Part shown: positions 52,099 to 60,724 of the stretch, one piece after another
Position numbering within the stretch: the stretch's first letter is position 1
Layout of the letters: each line of letters opens with the position of its first letter
Origin: Dehalococcoidia bacterium
Lineage (GTDB): Bacteria; Chloroflexota; Dehalococcoidia; UBA2979
NCBI GenBank assembly: GCA_965219085.1
Contig: OZ244720.1
Coordinates: 3,008,001 to 3,072,000, forward strand
Direction: 5' to 3'
Length of the DNA stretch: 64,000 bases
Position numbers and translations under genes: made by a program
The notes under the pieces: model-generated
Told to the model about the DNA's origin: nothing
The model's input: only the letters and a program-made list of their open reading frames with translations
Database searches by the model: none

Positions 52099-53942
52099 GC
52101 GGTGTCCGCCAGCAGCATGCCGCGCGACTGATAGCAGTCCGGGTCCAGATCGTCCAGCAACTCCGACCGGGTCCTGGGTCGGCACACGATGGTGAGTGCA
52201 CGGCTTGAGCGCGTCAATGCGACGTACAGTTGCGCCCGATTACTGTCTGTCGATTCGCCGCGTGGCTCAAAGTCCAGCAGGTACACCGATGAGAAATCGA
52301 GCCCTTTCGCCGAGTGGACGGTGAGCACGGAAACGTGGGATCCATCGGGGGCTGAGCCCGAAACAAGTGCCGCGTCGACACCGTGGCCCTCGAGGTGGCT
52401 TGCGATGCCTCGGGCGCGCCTGTTCGTTGAGGTCAGGACTGCAATCTGTGAAGGCGGGCGTCCGTCATTGATTTCCTGTCGCACCGAGTCGGTGATGAAG
52501 GCCCGTTCCTGTTCCGCCGTCGGGAAGTGCGCGAGTACGGGGACGGGGCCGTCACGCTCGCTAGACTGCATTTCGCCAACTTCGCGCTGCATCTCCTCGT
52601 CGCTGTCGTAAAGGGACGAGGCGAGCGCGTGGATCTGACGCGTTGATCGATACGGGATGCGCAGGATCCGTACGCGCGAGCCGGGAGGCCGCAGTTCACG
52701 TTGAGCCCACGTGAACCCGTGGGCGTAGATCGACTGCGCGGCGTCGGCGAAAACCATCATCATGTTCTCAGAGCCACGCGCAAGGGCACGTGCGAGGCGC
52801 GCCATGACCGGACTGCAATCCTGCGCCTCGTCGACGATGAGGGCGCGGTAGGGTGGGGGCTCCGCGTCGCTCTCCAGCAGGGTCCGCGCGTGCTCGATCA
52901 GATCGTCCCACTGGTAAGGGCCACCGGCTTCCGGCCGGATACGTTTCTCCAGTTCCCAGATCGCCAGGCGCTGAGGCCGCCTCAAAGGCCGCAGGCCCTG
53001 GCTCCGTGGGCGCGTGATGTCGAGGTAGGGAGCGCTGTCCGCGAATTGGTTGGGGCGTAGCACGTTTAGGATTTCCTCGGCGAGTTCATCGTCGGAGAGG
53101 TCGGCGATCTCCTCCTGGTGTTCGTCGGGGAGGCTCGCACGGCCGATCGTGACGGCGGTCCTGAGTTCCCGGCCGAAGGCGTCGACGGTGATGCTAGCGC
53201 CTCTGCTTCGCGCATACCGCGCTGCCCAACTGTGGAAACTCGTCACCTCGATGGCTTCCGCGGCGGCAGGGTCGGCGATGGAGTCGATCGCTTGACGCAC
53301 CGTCTCCATCAGGACGCGGTTATAGCAGAGGTACAGGACTGGGCCCGCGCCCAGAACCGGCGTGGTGGCGAGATGGATCGCGCGCCGGATCGCGATCGAG
53401 CTCTTGCCCGTCCCAGCACCCCCCTTTACGAACGCCAATCCGCCCCAGTTGCTCGTGTCGAGTGTCACCAGCGCCGCTTGGCGATCATCGAGCGCAGTGA
53501 AGTACTCCGAGAAGCCTTGCTGGGCCATCTCGACTAACAGGTCGGTGCTCGCGATTGGCACCGGATCTTTGGGCGACGTCCTCGGTATCGCCGCCGGGGC
53601 ACCGGTGCCTGCGGTCCTCATTTCCGCCGCCCGCTCGACCAGCGAAGCGATGGTGGATCTGTGCCGGTCCGCCCAGTCGTACGCCTCGCCGTGGTTATCG
53701 ACCCAGAGCAGCACGAACCTATCTTCCAGGCTGGCGAGGATAAGTCGATACTTGCCTGTGACCCGGATCGAGTCGACCCGCGCGTCCCCGAGGTTGTAGA
53801 GCCGTTCCCAGTTGAGGCCGGGGCTCAGCGGATCGTCCGCAAGCCGCTGCCACGCCTCTGCCGTTTCCGCCGCTAGCCGTTCAGTGAGCCGGTCGAATCC
53901 CTCCATAAACGTCGGTGCTACGAACAGGTGCCGCTCGGCCAT
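52095..53942 (-). CDS. SF1 (UvrD-like) helicase with N-terminal RelE-like domain
   Basis: N-terminal DPLSPGLNWERL..SIRVTGKYRLI..LWVDNHGEAYDWA; GGAGTGKS, LCYN, DEAQD, DAAQSIY, YRST, TVHSAKGLDF, LYVALTRS. Confidence 0.88.
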   Translation of the reverse strand: MAERHLFVAPTFMEGFDRLTERLAAETAEAWQRLADDPLSPGLNWERLYNLGDARVDSIRVTGKYRLILASLEDRFVLLWVDNHGEAYDWADRHRSTIASLVERAAEMRTAGTGAPAAIPRTSPKDPVPIASTDLLVEMAQQGFSEYFTALDDRQAALVTLDTSNWGGLAFVKGGAGTGKSSIAIRRAIHLATTPVLGAGPVLYLCYNRVLMETVRQAIDSIADPAAAEAIEVTSFHSWAARYARSRGASITVDAFGRELRTAVTIGRASLPDEHQEEIADLSDDELAEEILNVLRPNQFADSAPYLDITRPRSQGLRPLRRPQRLAIWELEKRIRPEAGGPYQWDDLIEHARTLLESDAEPPPYRALIVDEAQDCSPVMARLARALARGSENMMMVFADAAQSIYAHGFTWAQRELRPPGSRVRILRIPYRSTRQIHALASSLYDSDEEMQREVGEMQSSERDGPVPVLAHFPTAEQERAFITDSVRQEINDGRPPSQIAVLTSTNRRARGIASHLEGHGVDAALVSGSAPDGSHVSVLTVHSAKGLDFSSVYLLDFEPRGESTDSNRAQLYVALTRSSRALTIVCRPRTRSELLDDLDPDCYQSRGMLLADTA

Positions 53943-54025
53943 AGGTACCCGCCTCCATCAGTCTTGTGATGGCGAGTGATTCTACGGCACGTACCGGTTG
54001 CTCGTAGAGGCCTCTCTCAGGGCAG

Positions 54026-54055
54026 CAGAATGGCAGCCGCGTGGCTGCCATTCTG
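54026..54055. repeat. Inverted repeat CAGAATGGCAGCC-GCGT-GGCTGCCATTCTG (possible korAB terminator)
   Basis: Perfect 13-bp arms between the korB stop and the helicase promoter. Confidence 0.6.
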
Positions 54056-54109
54056 GTTGTGCGCCGCGAGGTCGGGAAGGGGCGCGCCCGCGCCCGCTTC
54101 TCGGCTCCG

Positions 54110-54982
54110 CTAGATGGCCAGCGTGTCGAGCATCTCGTCGACGGTGCGCTGGCGGGCCTTGGTGCGCTCGCGCGCCTCGGTCAGGCGGTCGTGCATCGGG
54201 ATGCTCTCGTGTGCGCGATAGAGCAGGCCGATGGGGATGCCGCCTTGCTGGGCGATGTCGAGCGCGCCGGCGAGGTTCGCCGGGTCGTGGCTCTCGGGGA
54301 TGTCCCAGGAGCCGGGGTCGATGCCCTTGGCAGGGTTGCCCTTGAGTGCCTCGTACGTGTCGTTGTACGTCGTGCAGGGCGACTGGACGTGGATCATCGC
54401 GAAGCCGGGGTAGTCCATCGCGTTGCTGATGTGCTGAGCGAGGACACGCGGCTGGGTCGAGACGGCCGATACCACATACTTGACGCCGCACGAGAGGTAC
54501 AGCAGCAGCGGGTTCATCGGGTCGTCGAGCTTGCCGTAGGGCGTGGTCGGCGTGACCATGCCGAACTCGGTCGTGGGTGAGGCCTGACCCTTGGTGAGGC
54601 CGTACACGCCGTTGTCCATGATGATGCAGGTCACGTCGAGGTTGCGCTTCGCCGCCGGGGCGATGTGCTCTCCGCCGATGCTCAGGAAGTCACCGTCGCC
54701 GGCGACGACCACGACGTTGAGGTCGGGACGCCCCGTCTTGATGCCGAGGGCGATCGGGAGCGTGCGGCCGTGGATGCCGTGGATGCCGAACGGCTGCGGG
54801 CCCTCCTGCAGGTGCACGAGGTTCCCGGAGCAGCCGATCCCGGCCACCATCACGGTGTCCTCGATCGGCCGGTTCTTCGTGTTCACCCAGTCCGCGAGCG
54901 CGAGTTCGACGGAGCGGACAACGGCGAAGTCGCCGCAGCCGGGGCACCACTTGAAGTCATAGTCGGGGTTTCGCTTGGTCAT
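54110..54982 (-). CDS. korB: 2-oxoacid:ferredoxin oxidoreductase beta subunit
   Basis: WCPGCGD, GIGCSG, IHGR, GDGD, DNGVYGLTKGQASPT, SPCTTYN. Confidence 0.93.
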   Translation of the reverse strand: MTKRNPDYDFKWCPGCGDFAVVRSVELALADWVNTKNRPIEDTVMVAGIGCSGNLVHLQEGPQPFGIHGIHGRTLPIALGIKTGRPDLNVVVVAGDGDFLSIGGEHIAPAAKRNLDVTCIIMDNGVYGLTKGQASPTTEFGMVTPTTPYGKLDDPMNPLLLYLSCGVKYVVSAVSTQPRVLAQHISNAMDYPGFAMIHVQSPCTTYNDTYEALKGNPAKGIDPGSWDIPESHDPANLAGALDIAQQGGIPIGLLYRAHESIPMHDRLTEARERTKARQRTVDEMLDTLAI

Positions 54983-56685
54983 ACCGTGGCCAGCCTTTCG
55001 GCGCCGCTGCGTGCACGGATCCCCGTCACCAGGTCGCTGACCTTGAACGGGAGCCCCGTGATCTGGGTGATTGATTCGGCCTGGACGCCCTGCTGCCGCA
55101 GCCAGCCCGAGAACTGACCGAGGTAGTTGAGCTCCGGCACGATGACCAGCTCCTTCGTGCGCAGCTCATCGAGCAGCGCCGCCGGGAGTGGGTTGAGGTA
55201 CATGGTGTAGTACCAGCCGACATCGACGCCCGCGGCGCGCATTTCTTCGAACGCTGCGCGCGAGGTGCCCTTGGCGCCGCCCCACGGCATCACCGCGACG
55301 GAGGCGCTGGTGTTGTCGGCCTCGAAGTCGTCCTCTTCGAGGAGGTCGAGCTTGCCGAAGCGCCGGCGCGTCATCGGCAGGTGCGTGTGCGGCTGGTGCA
55401 CCGTGTCGCCCTGCTCGTCGTGCTCCGACGCGTTCGCGACGTAGGCGCCTGGGCCGCCGGGCACCGGGAAGGCGCTCACCGTCTCGCCGGCGTAGCGCCG
55501 GTTGGCGACCGAGCCGTCGGAGACGATGCGGTTCTCGATGGTCCACGCCGCCGGGTCGGGCCGCACGATGTCCTGCGCGCGCTCGGCGATCTGCATCTCG
55601 CTCAGGACGATGACAGGGCCCTGGTACCGCTCGGCCCAGTTGAGTCCCATGATGCCGGCCTTGAAGCACTCCTCGACGGTGCCGGGGGCGATGATGGGGA
55701 GCCGCATGTCGCCGTGGCCCGGGTTGAGGCAGGCGAACAGGTCGGACTGCTCGGTCTTGGTCGGGAGCCCGGTGGCGGGGCCACCGCGCTGCACGTCGAC
55801 GATGACGCACGGGATCTCCGCCATCCATGCAAAGCCGATCCCCTCGCCCATGAGGCTGAAGCCCGGCCCGGCCGTCGAGGTCATCGCCTTCTTGCCGGCG
55901 AAGCCCGCGCCGATGATGGTCGAGATCGACTCAATCTCCGAGGTGGCCTGGACGACCACCGTGTCCTCCCCGTGGAGGTTGCCCTCCATGAATACGAGGA
56001 TGGTGGTCGCCGGCGAAATCGGGTATCCGACGAAGATGTCGAGCCCCGCCGTGATGGCGCCGAGGGAGAGGGCGTCGTTGCCCTTGATGACGACCCGCGG
56101 GTGCGTCTCCTCCGGCGGGTCGTCGAGGTCGGCGACCCTGAAGCCGGCCTTCGTGACCTCGTCGAAGCCCAGCCCGAGCGCCTGGATATTGGCCGCGATG
56201 ATCTGCTCGTCGTTGGGGCGGCCGCGGGTGAAGCGGACGGTGATGAAGTCCTCGAAGTAGTCCGGGGGCATCCCGCCCAGCGCGGCTACAGCGCCGATGA
56301 CGACCATGTTCGCCGCGCGGGGGTTGCCCGTGGAGCGCGCGAGTTCGTCGACGGCGAGGCCGATGGCGTTGCCGTTCGACTCGAGCTCGAAGTCCTCGGC
56401 GTTGTACACCAGCACGCCGCCGTCGCGGAGTTCGCCGATGTGGTCCTCGTAGGCCTCACGGTTGAGGACGACGAGCACGTCGAGGGCGTCCCCATCGTGG
56501 AGGATCGGATCGGTGGAGATCCGGGTCTGGGCCCACGTGGGGCCGCCCTTGATCTGCGAGGGGTAGGTGGCATACGTCTGTACGTGGTAGCCCACGCGTG
56601 CTGCCGCCTCGGCGAGCCCCTCGGCTGCCGTGACCTGACCCTGCCCGCCTTCGCCGGCGAACCTGACGATGAGATCCGTACTCAT
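54979..56685 (-). CDS. korA: 2-oxoacid:ferredoxin oxidoreductase alpha subunit (gamma-alpha fusion)
   Basis: GEGGQG, SQIKGG, GYPISPAT, TAGPGFSLM, QRGGPATGLPT, ELNYLGQF. Confidence 0.93.
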   Translation of the reverse strand: MSTDLIVRFAGEGGQGQVTAAEGLAEAAARVGYHVQTYATYPSQIKGGPTWAQTRISTDPILHDGDALDVLVVLNREAYEDHIGELRDGGVLVYNAEDFELESNGNAIGLAVDELARSTGNPRAANMVVIGAVAALGGMPPDYFEDFITVRFTRGRPNDEQIIAANIQALGLGFDEVTKAGFRVADLDDPPEETHPRVVIKGNDALSLGAITAGLDIFVGYPISPATTILVFMEGNLHGEDTVVVQATSEIESISTIIGAGFAGKKAMTSTAGPGFSLMGEGIGFAWMAEIPCVIVDVQRGGPATGLPTKTEQSDLFACLNPGHGDMRLPIIAPGTVEECFKAGIMGLNWAERYQGPVIVLSEMQIAERAQDIVRPDPAAWTIENRIVSDGSVANRRYAGETVSAFPVPGGPGAYVANASEHDEQGDTVHQPHTHLPMTRRRFGKLDLLEEDDFEADNTSASVAVMPWGGAKGTSRAAFEEMRAAGVDVGWYYTMYLNPLPAALLDELRTKELVIVPELNYLGQFSGWLRQQGVQAESITQITGLPFKVSDLVTGIRARSGAERLATV

Positions 56686-57065
56686 CTAGCGACCTCGTTA
56701 CGCGGTGATCCGGTTTCCAGGGAACCCAGTTGCATGGACAGACGGGACGTGTTCCGAGGACCAGACGACTCTTCCGCCGAACCCGGCGGAGCATGCCCCG
56801 ACAAAGCATGCACTGTGCCGCGGGCCTGCTGGCTTGGAGACCTTGGTGCTCGTCGCTGTCTCATCCGGCATATCCGGTGCGCTGAGCGTCCCCTGATGCA
56901 AGCACGCTGGCGTGCTCGGATGCGAGTATCCGCCTCGCATGCGGATATGTTCAACCTATCCCCAGAGTATTGCGGGGGTCCGGCTATGATATTGGCCCGA
57001 GAGTCGCCTTGCTCGCCCCCTGAGCGCGCGTCCAGATGGCCTCGAGCACACCGCGGGAGCGTTGC

Positions 57066-57323
57066 GTGGTCAAGACCTACGTGCTCATCGTGACCGACCC
57101 GGGCCGCACGCGACATGTGACGGCCGCGCTTGCCGCCATCGAGCAGGTGGAGGCCGTGAATGAGGTCATGGGACCCTACGACATCGTGGTCGAAATCGTT
57201 ACCGAGAGCCTCACTGACATCCGGCCCATCCTCTCCGACCAGATCCGCGTCCTCGAGGGCATCGAGTCGACCACGTCGCTCGTCACGCTCCCGCAGGACG
57301 CACCACCCGACAACTTGACGTAA
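57066..57323 (+). CDS. Stand-alone Lrp/AsnC ligand-binding domain protein
   Basis: YVLI.TDPG, VMGPYDIVVEI, IRVLEGIESTTSL. Confidence 0.88.
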   Translation: MVKTYVLIVTDPGRTRHVTAALAAIEQVEAVNEVMGPYDIVVEIVTESLTDIRPILSDQIRVLEGIESTTSLVTLPQDAPPDNLT

Positions 57324-57436
57324 CTACGTCCCTGGCAGGAGCCTCTTCGCCGAGTGGCGAGAGCAGGTGGAGCGATTCGCGCATCGGCCGCATCGGGCGG
57401 TTGTGAGTCGGGGACGCCGCGCCTACGCTCGACGGC

Positions 57437-58315
57437 GTGAGACGACACCTCGATCGCTGGCGGGAACTCGTGCGCACGCGCCGCGAGCAGATGGACCGCC
57501 AGCTCGACGCCCTCGGCGGTCCGCCCGAGGACTGGTGGGCGGGTCGTACGGCGCTGTTCACGCGCGGCATCGGTGACGTTGCCGCGTTGCCTCCCCCGGG
57601 GCTTGAGGCCATCGTCGAGCGGCTCGAGCGTCACCACACGCTCATCGACGTCGGGGCCGGCGCGGGCCGCTACGCGGCCCCGCTCTCGCGCGCGGTCCGC
57701 CACGTCACGCTGGTTGAGCCGTCGCCGGCGATGGCGCGGCTCGCCCGGCAGCAGCTCGAGCAGCTGGGACGCGATAACTGGACGCTCGTCGAGCAAGGCT
57801 GGCTGCAGGCAGACGACCTCGATCCCGCCTCAGCCGTGCTGTTCGCCAACGTGCTCAACCCGCACGAGGACATCGAGGACTGGATCGACCGGGCGCTGTC
57901 GCTCGCGCGGGGGTGGCTCTTCATCGTGCACGGCTCGATGCCGGAGGTGATGCCCCACATGCAGCGCGTCGCTCGCGCCCTGTACGGCGAGGAGCGCGTG
58001 GCGCAGCCGGGCATGAGCGACCTCATCCCGGCGCTGCACGACATGGACATCTACCCGGACGTGGTCATGTTCGAGCGCCGCTTCGCGCGGTCGTACAGCG
58101 ACACGGACGAGGCGGCCCGCGAGATCGCCTCGACGCTGCTCATCGAGCCCTCGGTGGAAGCGCTCGGGCGCATTCGCGAGATCATCGAGCCGGACCTGCT
58201 TGTGCGCGCGAACGGGCGTGTCGCGCTGCCGGCAGTCACGGCGCCCCACGCGCTGCTGATCTGGCGCACGGCCGGCCGGGGCGTTGGCCGACGCTGGCGA
58301 TGGCTGCGAGACTAG
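57437..58315 (+). CDS. Class I SAM-dependent methyltransferase
   Basis: LIDVGAGAGRY, LVEPSPAM. Confidence 0.85.
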   Translation: MRRHLDRWRELVRTRREQMDRQLDALGGPPEDWWAGRTALFTRGIGDVAALPPPGLEAIVERLERHHTLIDVGAGAGRYAAPLSRAVRHVTLVEPSPAMARLARQQLEQLGRDNWTLVEQGWLQADDLDPASAVLFANVLNPHEDIEDWIDRALSLARGWLFIVHGSMPEVMPHMQRVARALYGEERVAQPGMSDLIPALHDMDIYPDVVMFERRFARSYSDTDEAAREIASTLLIEPSVEALGRIREIIEPDLLVRANGRVALPAVTAPHALLIWRTAGRGVGRRWRWLRD

Positions 58316-58335
58316 TCGAGGAAGGGACGCACACC

Positions 58336-58818
58336 ATGCCTATCATCCTCGGTGCGGGCGACGCCGCCCCCACGTTCGAGCTGCCCGATCAGGACGGCGA
58401 GGTGCATCGCCTGTCGGACTACCAGGGCCAGGCGGTGGTGCTGTACTTCTACCCGCGAGACTTCACGCCCGGCTGTACCACCCAGGCGTGCTCGCTCCGC
58501 GACACCCACCAGGAGATCGCCGACGAGGGCGCCATCGTCCTCGGCGTCTCCATCGACGACGCGGAGTCGCATCAGAAGTTCCGCGAGGAGCACGGCCTGC
58601 CGTTCCCGTTGCTCGTCGACGCCGACGCGAAGGTCGCCACGCGCTACGGGGCGTGGGGCGAGAAGACGCTCTACGGCCGCAAGAGCATCGGCATGACGCG
58701 CGCCACGTTCGTGATCGGGCCGAGCGGGCGGCTGCTGAAGGTGTGGAAGCGCGCGCGGGCCGCCGACCATGGCGAAGCGGTGCTGAAGGCGCTGCGAGAC
58801 CTCGTCGGCCACGCGTAG
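58336..58818 (+). CDS. bcp: Thioredoxin-dependent thiol peroxidase (BCP)
   Basis: YFYPRDFTPGCTTQAC, GVSID, WGEK..YG, RATFVI. Confidence 0.95.
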   Translation: MPIILGAGDAAPTFELPDQDGEVHRLSDYQGQAVVLYFYPRDFTPGCTTQACSLRDTHQEIADEGAIVLGVSIDDAESHQKFREEHGLPFPLLVDADAKVATRYGAWGEKTLYGRKSIGMTRATFVIGPSGRLLKVWKRARAADHGEAVLKALRDLVGHA

Positions 58819-58836
58819 ACCGTTCCCGCCGACCAC

Positions 58837-60618
58837 CTACCTCGCGGGCAGGCGGTCCTGCGCCTCCCAGATGCGGTCGAGGACCGGACGGCCAGCGCCG
58901 GCGGGGTCGACGAACTCCGGCCGGTAGATCCAGTGATAGTCGCCGCCGTCGCCCCGGATCTCGACCGGGCGGATGCGGTAGCCGAGCAGCCGCTCGGCCG
59001 TGAACCCCAGCTCGATGACCAGTCCCTGCGCCGTCTCGTCCGACCAGTCCTGGTCGAAGACGAAGTTCCCGCCCGCGTAGGACACGAGCGCGCCCTCGAA
59101 GTGCTCGACGGCCTGCACCCAGTGCGGGTGGTTGCCGATCACCAGCGCCGCGCCGGCATCAATCGCGATGCCGGCGATCTCCCGCTGGAACGCGTTCGGG
59201 TCTGACTTGTACTCGATACCCCAGTTCGCGCCGACCACCACGTGGTCGGCGACCTCGCGCGCGGCACCGATGTCCTCGCGCAGGCTCGCGGGGTCGAGGG
59301 GCGCCGTGCCGGCCGCGACTGCCGTGGCGTGGTACCACGGCGCCATCGAGTCGTAGCCGAGGAACGCGAACCGCACCGGCCCGTTCGCGGTCTCCACCGT
59401 CACGACGGCGGGGGAGCGGGCGGCCTCGAGGTCCTCGCCCGCCCCGGCGGTCGCGATACCGGCGCCGTGCAGCCGTTCGAGCGTGTCGAGCAGCACGAGT
59501 GCGGCCGGGCAGCCGCCCCAGCAGTCGCCGATGTGATTGCCGATGGGCATGACCACGTCGATGCCTGCCTCGGCGAGTGCGTCGACGACGCGCGGGCTGC
59601 CCTGCAGCACGTACGTCTCGAGGCACGGCGTCGGCGTGCCGAGGTCGGTGAGGGACGTCTCGAGGGATGAGACGGTGATCTCCGCGGCGGTGGTCGCCTC
59701 GCGGACGCCGTCGAACATCGCCCCGTAGTCGTCGAGGTGTTCGAGCATGAAGTTCGAGCAGCGGACGGGGAGTAACTCGCCAGTGACGAGCATCCCCACG
59801 GGATCGAACACCGGCGCGGTGACGAGGCCGGCTGCGACAGCAAGCGCGGTCGCATCGTCGGGGGTCGGCGCGCGCACCCAGTGCGCCAGCTGCAGCGGCG
59901 AAAACGCGGCGAAGTCACGGTAGGGGTCGTAGCCGTCGAGGGTGAGCGCGAGCAGACCGAGTCGCATCTCTTCTGGAGCGATCAGGGCGAACGCACCGGG
60001 CGTGGTCGCCACGCGTTCCGGCACCTCGTCGTCCGGCAGCACGATCGCGGCCAGCAGGCGCCCCGGCTTGCCGAGGGCATCCGCGATAGCGGCTGCCTGC
60101 GACGCCGGGAGATAGACGGCGATCGGTTGTGGGCGCCCGCCGAACGCGGACCAATCGCTGGCGTCGCCGTGCAGGATGTCGAGGACGTCGCCGCGGCGGA
60201 GGCCCAGCACGTCGCGGCGCTGGTCGGTGACCGCAACCCAGCGCGCGAGCACGAACCGAGCCCGCGTGTCCGCCAACTCCTCGTCGGCAATCGCCAGTTC
60301 CGCAGCGTCGGGATCGGTGGCCACGACGTAGCGGGACGATGTGTTGAGCGCTCCCTCGATACGGGCTCGCTCGGCATCGTCGGAGATGAGGAGCGCGACG
60401 GCAGTGCGCGGGTCAGGCGTCGGCGTTGGGGATGGCGTCGGGGTCGGGGTGGCACGGATGGGCGTGGGTGTCGGCGAGGGCGTACTGGTGGCCTCGGTGG
60501 TCGGAGCCGGCGGCGCTTGCTGCACGCACGCCGTCAGGGTGAGGAGCAGCACGCCCACGGCGACAGCCGCCAGGCGCGCGGGGCCCGGCCGCAGCACGGC
60601 GCGGATCAGCGTGGGCAT
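58837..60618 (-). CDS. CapA family metallophosphatase-fold lipoprotein with extra N-terminal domain
   Basis: Lipobox LTAC, Pro/Thr linker, GNHIGD, GAG, WGIEY, GNHPHWVQ, GNFVFDQ. Confidence 0.88.
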   Translation of the reverse strand: MPTLIRAVLRPGPARLAAVAVGVLLLTLTACVQQAPPAPTTEATSTPSPTPTPIRATPTPTPSPTPTPDPRTAVALLISDDAERARIEGALNTSSRYVVATDPDAAELAIADEELADTRARFVLARWVAVTDQRRDVLGLRRGDVLDILHGDASDWSAFGGRPQPIAVYLPASQAAAIADALGKPGRLLAAIVLPDDEVPERVATTPGAFALIAPEEMRLGLLALTLDGYDPYRDFAAFSPLQLAHWVRAPTPDDATALAVAAGLVTAPVFDPVGMLVTGELLPVRCSNFMLEHLDDYGAMFDGVREATTAAEITVSSLETSLTDLGTPTPCLETYVLQGSPRVVDALAEAGIDVVMPIGNHIGDCWGGCPAALVLLDTLERLHGAGIATAGAGEDLEAARSPAVVTVETANGPVRFAFLGYDSMAPWYHATAVAAGTAPLDPASLREDIGAAREVADHVVVGANWGIEYKSDPNAFQREIAGIAIDAGAALVIGNHPHWVQAVEHFEGALVSYAGGNFVFDQDWSDETAQGLVIELGFTAERLLGYRIRPVEIRGDGGDYHWIYRPEFVDPAGAGRPVLDRIWEAQDRLPAR

Positions 60619-60724
60619 GGGTGCATGAGGCGAAGCCCCGATACATTCGTGTCCGCGCCCATGATAGAGCGCCGCGCGACGTGGACGGCGCGGGCTCCAG
60701 AACACCTCGTGCTAGCCTCGGTGC

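Noticed and set aside
50995-53942. Dpd-like 7-deazaguanine restriction-modification island (helicase + QueD + nuclease)
   Set aside because: No dpdA/tgt, queC, queE or folE in the window; the PTPS motif is type III; Uma2 genes are common solitary insertions
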